Of a stretch of 59,949 nt of DNA, positions 50,716-59,949 are shown piece after piece (the first letter of the stretch is position 1; each line of letters starts with the position of its first letter). The position numbers and the translations under genes were made by a program. The notes under the pieces were generated by a model, which was given only the letters and a program-made list of their open reading frames with translations, ran no database searches and was not told the origin of the DNA. The stretch spans positions 1-59,949 of the forward strand of contig URYP01000001.1 in the NCBI GenBank assembly GCA_900552115.1, written 5' to 3'. This DNA is from an uncultured Oscillospiraceae bacterium (GTDB lineage Bacteria; Bacillota; Clostridia; Oscillospirales; Acutalibacteraceae).

Positions 50716-51630
50716 ATGAAAACATCCGCCATTATCCGAATTGTCATTTGGTCATTAGTCGCCTGCCTGCTGATCAGCATCCTCTGCATCGGCCTGGCCG
50801 GCGGATTTGAAGGATTTTCCATTGGCATCGGCACCTCCTACAGTTACAAAGACGCCGACCGTTATGACATCGGCAACGGGCAAACGGACGGTTCCGCTAT
50901 CCATACCATCGAGGTAAACTGGGTAAGCGGCAAAGTACAAGTGGAATCCGGCGACGGGTCGGATATCCGCTGGGAAGAAACAACCAAGCGCACGCTCAAG
51001 GACAGCCAGCGTGTCCATTATCTGGTTGAAAACGGGGTGCTCAAGCTGCAGTTCCGGGATTCTTCCTGGTTTCATTTCGGCGGGTCTCCCGCCAAAGAGC
51101 TGAAAGTCACCGTGCCTGCGGACGTCAATTTGAAAGTCCTCAATATCAGCAGCGTATCGGGAGAGATAGGGGTCGACGGCGTGTCCGTCCCGGTTACCAA
51201 GCTGGACTCCGTATCCGGCAACATGGCCGTGCGCAATCTGCAAGGCGACACACTGGATCTGGACACCGTCAGCGGCGGATTGGCAGCCTCCGGCCTCGTG
51301 GTGGGCACCGTCGATGCGGAATCGGTCAGTGGCAGCCTCGAACTGTCCGGTGAAATTCATAATTGGGACTGGGATACGGTGTCGGGGTCGGCGAACGTTA
51401 CCTCCACGGTCTGCCCACAGACAATCGATACCGATTCCGTCAGCGGGGACGTGACCCTGACCCTGCCGGAAAACGATGGTTTTACCGCCGAATATGACGG
51501 GACCAGCGGTGATTTGCGCAGCGATTTCCCCACCACGGGCCGGAAAGACACGTATATTTATAAAAACGGCGGCGCGGCCTTCTCCTTTGAAAGCGTCAGC
51601 GGCGACGTAAAAATTCTAAAAGCCGGTTGA
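50716..51630 (+). CDS. DUF4097-like beta-strand-repeat protein with N-terminal TM anchor
   Basis: TM helix, then seven x(S/T)VSGxxxV repeats about 20 aa apart (SSVSGEIGV, DSVSGNMAV, DTVSGGLAA, ESVSGSLEL, DTVSGSANV, DSVSGDVTL, ESVSGDVKI). Confidence 0.75.
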   Translation: MKTSAIIRIVIWSLVACLLISILCIGLAGGFEGFSIGIGTSYSYKDADRYDIGNGQTDGSAIHTIEVNWVSGKVQVESGDGSDIRWEETTKRTLKDSQRVHYLVENGVLKLQFRDSSWFHFGGSPAKELKVTVPADVNLKVLNISSVSGEIGVDGVSVPVTKLDSVSGNMAVRNLQGDTLDLDTVSGGLAASGLVVGTVDAESVSGSLELSGEIHNWDWDTVSGSANVTSTVCPQTIDTDSVSGDVTLTLPENDGFTAEYDGTSGDLRSDFPTTGRKDTYIYKNGGAAFSFESVSGDVKILKAG

Positions 51631-51725
51631 CGCGGTTGCCCTCCCCTGGCCTTTATGCTATACTGAAACCGGTAACCGCCGGCCGCTGCGGGAGCGGCCG
51701 GACGTGTGGCATGGGAGGGATCGGT

Positions 51726-52136
51726 TTGAAAATCGTTGTTATTGACGGCCAAGGCGGCAAAATGGGCGGTGCTTTGATTGAACAGATCAAGCGGAATCTT
51801 CCACAGCACCAGGTAGTGGCCGTAGGCACCAACAGTCTGGCTACCGCCGCCATGCTGAAAGCCGGCGCGGACGCCGGCGCCACCGGGGAAAACCCGGTTT
51901 TGGTCAACGCCCGCGACGCCGACGTGATTGTTGGCCCGATTGGCATTGTCATCGCCAACTCCCTGCTGGGCGAGATTACTCCCGCCATGGCGGTGGCAAT
52001 CGGCGACAGCCCGGCCCATCGTATCCTGCTGCCGGTGGACAAATGCTCCCACACGGTGGTGGGAGTTGCCAACCGCTCTCTGGGCGAATACGTACAGCTG
52101 GCTATAGACGCCATCAGCCGCCTTACCGATCGGTAA
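51726..52136 (+). CDS. DUF3842 family protein
   Basis: LKIVVIDGQGGKMGGALIEQIK...VGTNSLATAAMLKAGADAGATGENPV...GPIGIVIANSLLGEITPAMA. TTG 51726 lies 5 nt after GGGAGGGA (ATG 51711 is an alternative). Confidence 0.75.
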   Translation: MKIVVIDGQGGKMGGALIEQIKRNLPQHQVVAVGTNSLATAAMLKAGADAGATGENPVLVNARDADVIVGPIGIVIANSLLGEITPAMAVAIGDSPAHRILLPVDKCSHTVVGVANRSLGEYVQLAIDAISRLTDR

Positions 52137-52160
52137 GGCGGCTGATTTGTTTTTTCTGTA

Positions 52161-52733
52161 TCAGGCGTTTTCGGAGGCGGCCGGCTGGCCCAGCCGATCC
52201 TCCGGCAGCAAGCGTGCGCTCTGCAACCCCAGCACCAGCAGGGGAACCAGGATGATCTGGGCCACAATGCCCGGGATGGCCGTCAGCACCGCACCGCTGA
52301 AAAAGGCCGCCCAGCCGAACGGGTTGCCGGTCACGCCCCAGACAACGAGCTGGGCAAGGCCCCAGGCGATCCGCCCGCCGGCCATGGCGGCCAGCAGGGA
52401 TAGGTAAATCATTGGAACCCTGCGGGGCAGGCGGTGATACAGCCAGCCGCTGATGAGGCCGTAGACCGCCAGCTCCACCGCCATGGTCAGCGCGGTGGGC
52501 ATAGGCGGCATGCCGAAAAGCGCCAGCCGCAGCAGGGGTGAGATAACCCCCACCGCAAGACCATAGGGCCAGCCGCATACAAAGCCGCAAAGCAACACCG
52601 GCAGATGCATGGGCAGCAGCGCTTTGCCGATCTCCGGAATCTGGCCGGTCAAAAACGGCAGCACCATGGCCATGGCCAGGAACAGGGCCGACAGAACCAG
52701 CCGGACAAGCGATAAACGGGTTTTGGATGACAT
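52161..52733 (-). CDS. ECF-transporter substrate-specific (S) component, substrate unknown
   Basis: About 190 aa, 5-6 TM. LPFLTGQIPEIGKALLPMHLPVLLCGFVCGWPYGL is typical of the ECF_trnsprt family. ATG 52733 follows GAGAGGGGA. No EcfA/EcfT genes in the window. Confidence 0.75.
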   Translation of the reverse strand: MSSKTRLSLVRLVLSALFLAMAMVLPFLTGQIPEIGKALLPMHLPVLLCGFVCGWPYGLAVGVISPLLRLALFGMPPMPTALTMAVELAVYGLISGWLYHRLPRRVPMIYLSLLAAMAGGRIAWGLAQLVVWGVTGNPFGWAAFFSGAVLTAIPGIVAQIILVPLLVLGLQSARLLPEDRLGQPAASENA

Positions 52734-52748
52734 AGAAATTCCCCTCTC

Positions 52749-52804
52749 AAAAAAGTAGCCATGAAGGCGCACGGCTCCTGCGGAACCGTTCAGCCTTCAT
52801 GGCT
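52749..52804 (-). terminator. 5'-leader intrinsic terminator (attenuator) immediately upstream of the ECF S-component RBS
   Basis: On the minus strand: AGCCATGAAGGC...GCCTTCATGGCT outer stem, continued by the inner stem GAACGGTTC/GAGCCGT, followed by ACTTTTTT and then the SD. Confidence 0.7.
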
Positions 52805-52871
52805 TTATTTGTAATAATCTTATCTGTGCATAGACACGTAAAAAGCGCCGGCTTCTGCCGGCATTGGTTTT

Positions 52872-52900
52872 ATTATAACGGGAGGTGGACAGTCTGTCAA
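52872..52900 (-). promoter_or_regulatory. Consensus sigmaA promoter for the ECF S-component leader
   Basis: On the minus strand: TTGACA, exactly 17 nt, TATAAT. This implies a ~135-nt leader. Confidence 0.7.
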
Positions 52901-53042
52901 GATTTTGTCGCGCCCGTCTTGCAAACAGGGGATTTTCGTGCTATTCTTGATTTGTATGGAAACCGCGGCGCCTTTATAATGTCCTGTCAAGCCGGCCGCC
53001 GCCGTTTTAAATTAGTCTGATGATAAAAAAGGAGGCTGTTTT

Positions 53043-54206
53043 ATGTCGTTTCGGTATTATATTCCCACCGAAATCCTGTTTGGCCGGGGTCAGCTGGCCC
53101 ATCTGTCCGAGCATCCGCTGCCCGGAAAAAAAGCGCTGATTGTTATATCCGCCGGCACGTCCATGCGTCGGCACGGGTATTTGCAGCGGGTGACCGAGCA
53201 ACTGGATAAAGCCGGCGTAACCTATGCCGTTTTTGACAAGATCCTGCCCAATCCCATAAAGGACCACGTCATGGAGGGCGCGGCCATGGCCCGCCGGGAG
53301 GGCTGTGATTTTGTCATCGGCCTGGGCGGCGGCAGCAGCATCGATTCCGCCAAATCCATTGCCGTGATGGCCGTTAACGACGGCGATTACTGGGATTATA
53401 TCGACGGTGGTTCCGGCAAGGGGCTTTCCGTGCCCTGCGACCCGCTGCCGATCGTGGCGATCACCACCACCGCCGGCACCGGCACCGAGGCCGACCCCTG
53501 GACGGTCATTACCAAAGACGAGGAAAAAATTGGGTTCGGGTACGATAAAACATATCCGGTTCTTTCCATCGTCGACCCGGATTTGATGCTGTCGGTGCCT
53601 CCCCATCTCACCGCTTATCAGGGGTTCGACGCGCTGTTTCACAGCACGGAGGGGTATCTCAATAAAATCGCCAGCCCCCTCAGCGATATTTACGCGTTAA
53701 AAGCCATCGAACTGATTGGGAAAAGTCTGGCGAAAGCCGTAAAGGATGGTACGGACGCGGACGCCCGCGAAGACGTAGCCTTGGCCAACACCCTGTCCGG
53801 CATGGTGGAATCGGTTTCCGGCTGTACGTCCGAGCATTCTATGGAGCATGCGCTCAGCGCCTGCCATCCCTCCCTTCCCCACGGCGCGGGATTGATTATG
53901 ATCAGCCGGGAGTATTACACCCATTTTGCGCGGAGCGGCGGCTGTGATCAGCGGATGATCGATATGGCCCGCGCGCTCGGGAAAGCCGACGCTTCCAAAC
54001 CCATGGATTTTGTGGATGCGCTGGCCGAGTTGCAGACAGCGTGCGGTGTGGATCAGCTCTCCATGGCGGATTACGGCATCGAAAAGGGCCGCGCCATGGA
54101 ATACGCCCACATTGCGCGGGATACGATGGGCGGCCTGTATGAAGGCGATCCCGTGTCGCTGTCCGACGCCGATGTGGCTGGAATTTATGAACGTTCCTTC
54201 CGCTGA
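53043..54206 (+). CDS. Iron-containing (group III) alcohol dehydrogenase
   Basis: FVIGLGGGSSIDSAKSIAV nucleotide-binding motif. Metal-ligand His region EHSMEHALSACHPSLPHGAGL. 387 aa. Confidence 0.9.
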   Translation: MSFRYYIPTEILFGRGQLAHLSEHPLPGKKALIVISAGTSMRRHGYLQRVTEQLDKAGVTYAVFDKILPNPIKDHVMEGAAMARREGCDFVIGLGGGSSIDSAKSIAVMAVNDGDYWDYIDGGSGKGLSVPCDPLPIVAITTTAGTGTEADPWTVITKDEEKIGFGYDKTYPVLSIVDPDLMLSVPPHLTAYQGFDALFHSTEGYLNKIASPLSDIYALKAIELIGKSLAKAVKDGTDADAREDVALANTLSGMVESVSGCTSEHSMEHALSACHPSLPHGAGLIMISREYYTHFARSGGCDQRMIDMARALGKADASKPMDFVDALAELQTACGVDQLSMADYGIEKGRAMEYAHIARDTMGGLYEGDPVSLSDADVAGIYERSFR

Positions 54207-54567
54207 CGCCGCCCTGAGGCGGCGTTGGATCGATCATTGCCTGACCTTTGCCGGCGCGTATGAGGATTATCCTTTCACCGACAGCAACTGGACGGTAATG
54301 CGCCATCGGGAATCCGGCAAAACCTTCGCCCTAATTTATGAACGCCAGGGATACGTCCACATAAATGTAAAGTGCGAGCCCATGCAGGCCGATTTTTACC
54401 GCCGGGCTTACGCGTCGGTCACGCCCGGATACCACATGAACAAGACGCACTGGAACACGATCACGTTGGACGGCTCCATCCCCGACGAGGAGATCGCCTC
54501 CATGATCGGCGAGAGTTTCCATCTCACCTCCCGCCCGGCAACCAAACGCCGCCCGCCGGAGCCTTAA
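54187..54567 (+). CDS. MmcQ/YjbR-family protein
   Basis: YEDYPFTDSNWTVMRHRESGKTFALIYERQGYVHINVKCEP...YHMNKTHWNTITLDG. ATG 54187 overlaps the ADH 3' end by 20 nt. The track start 54010 is an out-of-context extension. Confidence 0.75.
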   Translation: MNVPSADAALRRRWIDHCLTFAGAYEDYPFTDSNWTVMRHRESGKTFALIYERQGYVHINVKCEPMQADFYRRAYASVTPGYHMNKTHWNTITLDGSIPDEEIASMIGESFHLTSRPATKRRPPEP

Positions 54568-54574
54568 AAGCAAC

Positions 54575-54611
54575 AAACGCCCGCAGCCGATGCTGCGGGC
54601 GTTTGGTTTTT
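54575..54611. terminator. Bidirectional terminator (YjbR gene / DUF421 gene)
   Basis: AAACGCCCGCAGC, loop CGAT, GCTGCGGGCGTTT, followed by GGTTTTT. Confidence 0.85.
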
Positions 54612-55319
54612 CTACTGGAAGGGATCCTGTATTTCCTTGGGCGCGTGCATAGGGAACACGGCCAGTGCGTTCTGGTCGTCGCACGTGGCCAGGAACACGT
54701 CCTTTTCGTTGGAAAAGCCCTGGTCCTTAAGCTGGCGTTTCAGCCAAATTTCATCCTTGCCCGCCTGTTTCAGGGTGTCTTGAGTAATGTGCCCATCCAT
54801 AATCACGGTGGGCATAATCTGCTCCTGCTGGGGGGTCAATCCCAAGTCGCTCGGCGTAGCCGGGCGGTTGGCCTCCACCGGCAAAAAGCTGATCTTACCA
54901 TTGCTCTCCATCACCGCGGTCTGAACCTGGCGCAGGTCGAAATATCCCTCTACCCGGCAGATGGTGAGGAATTCGCTCAGATCGATGCGGGCTTTTTTAA
55001 AATTGTCCCGGTAGAGCTTGCCGTTGTCCAGCAGAATCAGCGCGCGTCCGTCGATGAATTTGCGGGCGCCGGTGGATTTCTGAACCACCACGGAGATGAC
55101 GAATGCCAGGACGCCGTATACCACCAGCGCGATCACGGAATGGAGCGGCGTTTCCAGTTCGGTCGACATTTCAGCGGCAATGGAGCCGATGGTAATGCCA
55201 ATCACATAGTCAAACATACTGAGCTGGGAAATCTGCTTGTTTCCCATCAGCTTGGTCATTAGGAACAGCACCAGAGCCGATCCCAGCGACATCAATACAA
55301 TTTTTAATGCGTCGATCAT
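54612..55319 (-). CDS. DUF421 (YetF-like) membrane protein
   Basis: N-terminal TM helices with MGNKQISQLSMFDYVIGITIGSIAAE. C-terminal soluble domain. Family known from Bacillus spore membranes. Confidence 0.85.
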   Translation of the reverse strand: MIDALKIVLMSLGSALVLFLMTKLMGNKQISQLSMFDYVIGITIGSIAAEMSTELETPLHSVIALVVYGVLAFVISVVVQKSTGARKFIDGRALILLDNGKLYRDNFKKARIDLSEFLTICRVEGYFDLRQVQTAVMESNGKISFLPVEANRPATPSDLGLTPQQEQIMPTVIMDGHITQDTLKQAGKDEIWLKRQLKDQGFSNEKDVFLATCDDQNALAVFPMHAPKEIQDPFQ

Positions 55320-55427
55320 ATCGCATCCCCCTTCATACCGGTAGTATGGTCACCGATGAAAGGCGCTATGCAATTGTTGACGGAATAAAGCGCGGCGGGA
55401 TATCCTCCGGTTATAAAGCCGCGCTGC

Positions 55428-55997
55428 TCAGGATTTTCCAGACGGACGCCGGCATAATCCGGCCACGAAACAAACGATGGCCAGCAAGAGCGCAGTCCCC
55501 GCGTTGATCATGGCGTCCAGAGAGGATAGCATCTGGTCGAAAGAGCGGTTCTGCGTCAGCATATTGGTGACAAACGAACCCACGCCCGCCAGCAGGCAGG
55601 CGAGAGCCACCGTAAACCAGAATTTGCGCGTCAGCCAAGCAAACAGGACGATGACCCACACAATCGCCAGCCAAACGCCGGCCAGCGGCAGGGCCAGTTC
55701 GGAAAACCAGTCGACCGGCTGATCCAGCAGGTAGCGGTTGCACACCTCTTCGACACAGAGCAGGAACGGCAGCAGGCCGACGCTCATCCACAGCAGCGAC
55801 ACGAGCCAGCCCCGGCGCGGTGACCAAACGACCGGCAGGGCCATGCCCAGGGCATACACTATGGCGGCGGCCACGATCCACGACCAAGTCAGTTCGCCGT
55901 TGATAGCCGCGTCCGGGATCATAGAGGCCACCATGCCGATTAGTCCTCCGGCGGCGCAGGCGGCCATGGTTCCTTTTTGCATACGGGATAAAGTCAT
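55428..55997 (-). CDS. Hypothetical polytopic membrane protein (189 aa)
   Basis: ATG 55997 lies 5 nt after AGAGAGG, downstream of the valS terminator. Five to six hydrophobic helices. The track start 56240 would overlap valS. Confidence 0.6.
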   Translation of the reverse strand: MTLSRMQKGTMAACAAGGLIGMVASMIPDAAINGELTWSWIVAAAIVYALGMALPVVWSPRRGWLVSLLWMSVGLLPFLLCVEEVCNRYLLDQPVDWFSELALPLAGVWLAIVWVIVLFAWLTRKFWFTVALACLLAGVGSFVTNMLTQNRSFDQMLSSLDAMINAGTALLLAIVCFVAGLCRRPSGKS

Positions 55998-56014
55998 CTT
56001 GTCCTCTCTTTCTG

Positions 56015-56047
56015 AAAAAGCGGCGGCAGGAAGAGTCCCGCCGCCGC
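56015..56047 (-). terminator. Terminator after valS
   Basis: On the minus strand: GCGGCGGCGGG, loop, CCTGCCGCCGC (one mismatch), followed by T5. Confidence 0.75.
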
Positions 56048-56064
56048 TTCTACACGGTTTCCGT

Positions 56065-58686
56065 TTAAGCCAACCCATCCATGCTCTGCTGCAGCAAAGT
56101 GAGTTTTTCCTGCAGGCGCGCCGCGTTTTCGCGGGCGGTGGCCACCACCGCCTCTGGCGCTTTGGAGGTAAAGGCCTCGTTACCCAGCCGGGCCAGCACG
56201 CCGTCCAGCTGCTTCTGCACCGTCTCTTTTTCTTTGGCAAGACGGGCTTTTTCCGCTTCCAGATCCACCAAATCCGCCATCGGGATTTTAATGGTGGCGT
56301 CCGCCGTCACAATGCTCACGCCGCCCGGCACGTCGAACGCCGTCCCCACGGTTACCTCCGACGCCGACGCCAGCCGGCAGATAAAGGGCTTGCCGCTTTC
56401 AAAAGTAGCGGCAAATGCGGTTTCCACAAACACCTGTGCCCGGCGCGAGGGCGGTACGTTCATCTCCGCCCGGCGGTTGCGAATGGCGCGGATCGCGTCC
56501 ATAATCCGCTCCATTTCCTTTTCCTCCGCCGGGAAATGCAGCGGTTCCCGGTACTCCGGCCAGGCGGTGCCCATCAGGGCTTTCCCTTCATGCGGCAGGG
56601 TCTGCCAGATTTCCTCGGTGACAAAAGGCATAAATGGATGCAGCAGCTGTAACTGCCGGGTCATAACATAAACCAGCACCCGGCGGGCGTCCGCCGCGCC
56701 CTCGCCCTGCAGGCGGGATTTGCACAGCTCGATATACCAGTCGCAGAAATTGTCCCAGATGAAATCGTACAGCTTCTGCACGGCCATACCCAGCTCAAAC
56801 TTTTCCAGATTGTCTGTGATGTCCTTTGCCAGCGTATTCAGCTTAGAGAGGATCCATTTATCCTCCAGCGTCAAGGTGTCCGGCAGGGTCAGGGGAACCT
56901 CCTGCCCCTCGATGTTCATCAGAATAAAGCGCGCCGCGTTCCACAGCTTGTTTGCAAAATTACGAGAGGCTGCCACCTTTTCTTCCATAAAGCGCATATC
57001 GTTGCCGGGGCTGTTGCCGGTCGCCAGCATAAAGCGCAGGGCGTCCGCGCCATACTGGTCAATAACCTCCAGCGGGTCAATGCCGTTGCCCAAGGACTTG
57101 GACATTTTGCGGCCCTGTGCGTCCCGAACCAGCCCGTGGATGAGCACGGTGCTGAACGGCGCCGCGTCCATATGCTCCACGCCGGAGAAGATCATGCGGG
57201 CCACCCAGAAAAAGATGATGTCGTAGCCGGTAACCAGCGTGTCGGTGGGATAAAAATAGTCGAGTTCCGGCGTTTTATCCGGCCACCCCAGGGTGGAAAA
57301 CGGCCACAGGGCGGAGGAGAACCAGGTATCCAGCGTGTCCTCGTCCTGATGGAGGTGATGACTGCCGCAGCGCGGGCAGGCCGCCGGTTCTTCGCGGGTC
57401 ACGACCGTCTCGCCACAATCGCCGCAGTACCACGCCGGGATGCGGTGCCCCCACCAGAGCTGACGGGAAATACACCAGTCGCGGATATTCTCCATCCAGT
57501 GATAATACACCTTATCGAACCGATCGGGCACAAATTTGGTCGAACCGTTCCGAACCGCATCAATGGCGGGGCCGGCCAGCGGTTTCATTTTGACGAACCA
57601 CTGCAGGGATACCCGTGGTTCAATCACGGTGGAGCAGCGGTAACACGCGCCCACGTTGTGCTTGAGAGGCTCGGTTTTGATCAGGAATCCCTGATCTTCG
57701 AGGTCCTTCACCACGGCCTTGCGGCACTCGTCCAGCGTCATCCCCTCATATTTGCCGGCCCGTTCGTTCATATGGCCGTCCTCGGTGGTGACGGTGATGA
57801 CCTCCAGATTATGGCGCTGGCCCACTTCAAAGTCGTTGGGATCGTGCGCCGGGGTAATTTTCACCACACCGGTGCCGAAATCCATTTCCACATAGCTGTC
57901 CGCGACCACGGGGATTTCCTTGCCCACCAGCGGCAGGATGACGGTCTTCCCCACGATGTCCCGGTAACGCTCGTCGTCCGGGTGCACGGCCACCGCCGTG
58001 TCGCCCAGCATGGTTTCGGGGCGGGTGGTAGCCAGCTCCACATAGCCGGATCCATCGGCCAGCGGGTAGCGCAGGTGATAGAAGAACGCGTCCTTTTCCT
58101 CAAATTCCACCTCCGCGTCGGAGATAGAGGTACGGCAGTGGGGGCACCAGTTAATCATCCGCTCGCCGCGGTAAATCAGTCCCTTTTCATACAGGCGCAC
58201 AAACATCTCGCGCACCGCCTTGGAGCAGCCTTCGTCCATGGTGAACCGCTCCCGTTCCCAGTCGCAGGAGGAACCCATTTTCTTGAGCTGGCTCACGATG
58301 CGGTCTCCGTAGGTCTTTTTCCAGTCCCAAGCCCGTTCCAAAAATTTGTCCCGGCCGATGTCCTCTTTGGTTAGCCCTTCCTTCGCCATGGCCTCGACGA
58401 TTTTAGCCTCGGTGGCGATGGAGGCGTGGTCGGTACCCGGCATCCACAGCGCCTCGTATCCCTGCATCCGCCGCCAGCGGATCAGGATATCCTGGAGGGT
58501 GTTGTCCAGCGCGTGGCCCATATGCAGCTGCCCGGTGATATTGGGGGGCGGCATGACGATGGTATAAGGCTTTTTGTCCGGATTGACCTGCGCATGAAAG
58601 TAGCCGCCGTCTACCCAGAACTGATAAATACGGTCCTCCACCTCATGCGGGTCATACACTTTAGCCAGTTGTCTTGCCTCTGCCAT
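56065..58686 (-). CDS. valS: Valine--tRNA ligase
   Basis: [28 protein letters not shown]-type motif (HMGHALD), KMSKS, and a C-terminal coiled coil. ATG 58686 lies 9 nt after GGGAGG. The track start 58779 is an extension. Confidence 0.95.
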   Translation of the reverse strand: MAEARQLAKVYDPHEVEDRIYQFWVDGGYFHAQVNPDKKPYTIVMPPPNITGQLHMGHALDNTLQDILIRWRRMQGYEALWMPGTDHASIATEAKIVEAMAKEGLTKEDIGRDKFLERAWDWKKTYGDRIVSQLKKMGSSCDWERERFTMDEGCSKAVREMFVRLYEKGLIYRGERMINWCPHCRTSISDAEVEFEEKDAFFYHLRYPLADGSGYVELATTRPETMLGDTAVAVHPDDERYRDIVGKTVILPLVGKEIPVVADSYVEMDFGTGVVKITPAHDPNDFEVGQRHNLEVITVTTEDGHMNERAGKYEGMTLDECRKAVVKDLEDQGFLIKTEPLKHNVGACYRCSTVIEPRVSLQWFVKMKPLAGPAIDAVRNGSTKFVPDRFDKVYYHWMENIRDWCISRQLWWGHRIPAWYCGDCGETVVTREEPAACPRCGSHHLHQDEDTLDTWFSSALWPFSTLGWPDKTPELDYFYPTDTLVTGYDIIFFWVARMIFSGVEHMDAAPFSTVLIHGLVRDAQGRKMSKSLGNGIDPLEVIDQYGADALRFMLATGNSPGNDMRFMEEKVAASRNFANKLWNAARFILMNIEGQEVPLTLPDTLTLEDKWILSKLNTLAKDITDNLEKFELGMAVQKLYDFIWDNFCDWYIELCKSRLQGEGAADARRVLVYVMTRQLQLLHPFMPFVTEEIWQTLPHEGKALMGTAWPEYREPLHFPAEEKEMERIMDAIRAIRNRRAEMNVPPSRRAQVFVETAFAATFESGKPFICRLASASEVTVGTAFDVPGGVSIVTADATIKIPMADLVDLEAEKARLAKEKETVQKQLDGVLARLGNEAFTSKAPEAVVATARENAARLQEKLTLLQQSMDGLA

Positions 58687-58821
58687 GTTTGTCTGCCTCC
58701 CAGTTGAAAGTAAAAATGATGGCGGGCCCGTCACCCAAAACGGCCGCCTGTCGCAGCGTTTCGGGAATGTCACTCCCACACTTTAAGCTATTGTAGCATA
58801 ACTTGTCTGCCGGCACAAGCG

Positions 58822-59949
58822 TTAATTCAGGCCCTGCCCCCCTACCTGGCCGAACAGCAGCTCGACTTCCCGTTTCAGCCTCACATGCGCAGGCGCGGAC
58901 AGGGCCGGATCTTCCGCAGTGATCTGGCGGGCAGCTTCGCCGGCTTCCCGCAGCCAGGCCATATCGGCCTGTAAATCCGCCATTTTCAGATTAGGCAGCC
59001 CGTGCTGCCGGCTGCCGAAAAAGTCGCCGGGACCGCGCAGCTTTAAATCCTCGTCGGCAATGCGGAACCCGTCGTTCGTTTCACACATCACCCGCAGTCG
59101 GCGGCGGGCCTCCTCGTTTTGTGCGTCGGAAATCAGGATGCAGGTGGACGCGTGCCGCCCCCGCCCCACCCGGCCCCGCAGCTGATGCAATTGGGCCAGT
59201 CCAAAGCGTTCGGCATTTTCAATCACCATAATAACCGCGTTGGGTACATTAACCCCCACCTCCACCACGGTAGTGGACACCAGCAGGGATATCTCCCCCG
59301 CGGAAAACGCAGCCATAACTCGCTCTTTCTCGGCCGCTTTCATCCGGCCGTGCAATAAGCCCAGACGATAACCGGCAAACGCTCCATGGGCCAGCTTCTC
59401 CGCGTACGCTTCAGCGGAAGCGAGATCCGTTTCCCCCTCCTCCACCAGCGGACAAACAATATACCCCTGGCGGCCCTCGTCAATATGCTTTTTCACGTAA
59501 CCATACGCCCGTTCCCGCTTGCGGCTGCTCACAGCAAAGGTGGCGACCGGCTGACGACCGGGCGGAAGCTCATCCAGCACCGACACATCCAGATCACCAT
59601 AGATCATCAGCGCCAGCGTGCGCGGAATGGGGGTAGCGGACATAACCAGCAGATGAGGCCCCGCCCCTTTCTCCGCCAGGCGGCTGCGCTGGCCCACGCC
59701 GAACCGATGCTGCTCGTCGGTGATGACCAGACCGAGGCGCGCAAAATCCACCCCTTCTGATAGCAAGGCGTGGGTGCCCACCAGCAGGTCGACCCGGCCC
59801 TCCCGCAAATCCTCCAATAGAGCACGACGGCGGGCGGCGGTGACGCCTCCTGTCAACAAGCCTACCCGGATGCCGGCCGGCTCCAGTAGTTCGGTCAGCG
59901 ACGTATAATGCTGTTCGGCCAAAATTCCGGTGGGGGCCATCAGGGCCGC
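58822..59949 (-). CDS. recG: ATP-dependent DNA helicase RecG, C-terminal ~375 codons (N-terminus outside the window)
   Basis: Helicase motifs VITDEQHRFG, MSATPIPRTL, LHGRMK and QLHQLRGRVGRG. The reading frame stays open to the window edge. Confidence 0.9.
   Translation of the reverse strand, partial: AALMAPTGILAEQHYTSLTELLEPAGIRVGLLTGGVTAARRRALLEDLREGRVDLLVGTHALLSEGVDFARLGLVITDEQHRFGVGQRSRLAEKGAGPHLLVMSATPIPRTLALMIYGDLDVSVLDELPPGRQPVATFAVSSRKRERAYGYVKKHIDEGRQGYIVCPLVEEGETDLASAEAYAEKLAHGAFAGYRLGLLHGRMKAAEKERVMAAFSAGEISLLVSTTVVEVGVNVPNAVIMVIENAERFGLAQLHQLRGRVGRGRHASTCILISDAQNEEARRRLRVMCETNDGFRIADEDLKLRGPGDFFGSRQHGLPNLKMADLQADMAWLREAGEAARQITAEDPALSAPAHVRLKREVELLFGQVGGQGLN

Noticed and set aside
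58687-58821. T-box riboswitch upstream of valS
   Set aside because: The interval is too short. The only similar string (UUUUGGGUGACGGGCCCGCC) sits in the loop/3' arm of the hairpin rather than forming a T-box antiterminator bulge. No Stem I/specifier features were seen.

Overview
59.9-kb chromosomal segment, about 60% G+C by eye (not computed), with strong GC3 bias, so the ORF track contains many long antisense shadow ORFs. The gene content is a CotF pair, a SpoIID domain, DUF421, rubrerythrin, a FabK-type fatty-acid cluster ending in a MarR regulator, a dockerin-bearing glycosidase, Gram-positive SD sequences and sigmaA-like promoters. By inference only, this suggests a spore-forming anaerobic Firmicute of the Clostridia, perhaps Oscillospiraceae/Ruminococcaceae-like. 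Layout, left to right: (1) minus-strand moxR-DUF58-transglutaminase-nadE operon; (2) CotF-like pair; (3) rpmG-secE-nusG-rplK-rplA-rplJ-rplL with a clear promoter and L10 leader, not followed by rpoBC; (4) accessory block: Thr-rich lipoprotein, AraC regulator, 1827-aa secreted GH2 beta-galactosidase with LamG-like insert and C-terminal dockerin, SDR, TetR, SRPBCC; (5) M24 peptidase, cupin, five-gene Opp/Dpp-type ABC operon; (6) minus-strand operon of cysteine desulfurase, elongated sortase-B-like protein, thiI and a 1129-aa ORF fusing CinA, a TM helix, a catalytically dead sortase-B-like domain and SpoIID; (7) rubrerythrin plus a coupled small ORF; (8) complete type II fatty-acid synthesis cluster acpP-accBCDA-fabH-fabK-fabK paralog-fabD-fabG-fabF-fabZ-MarR; (9) lgt, a DUF4190 protein, a PadR/DUF1700-like/DUF4097 module, DUF3842, an ECF S-component behind an attenuator leader, Fe-ADH, YjbR, DUF421, valS and recG (partial). 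I recognised no rRNA, tRNA, CRISPR, transposase, integrase or phage genes. The most unusual content is the sortase-fold pair (one intact, one inactivated and fused to CinA and SpoIID) embedded in the desulfurase/thiI operon. Other points of interest are a 34-bp AT-only palindrome between rubrerythrin and acpP, a Cys-cluster FabK paralog, and an unclassified attenuator leader in front of the ECF S-component gene.
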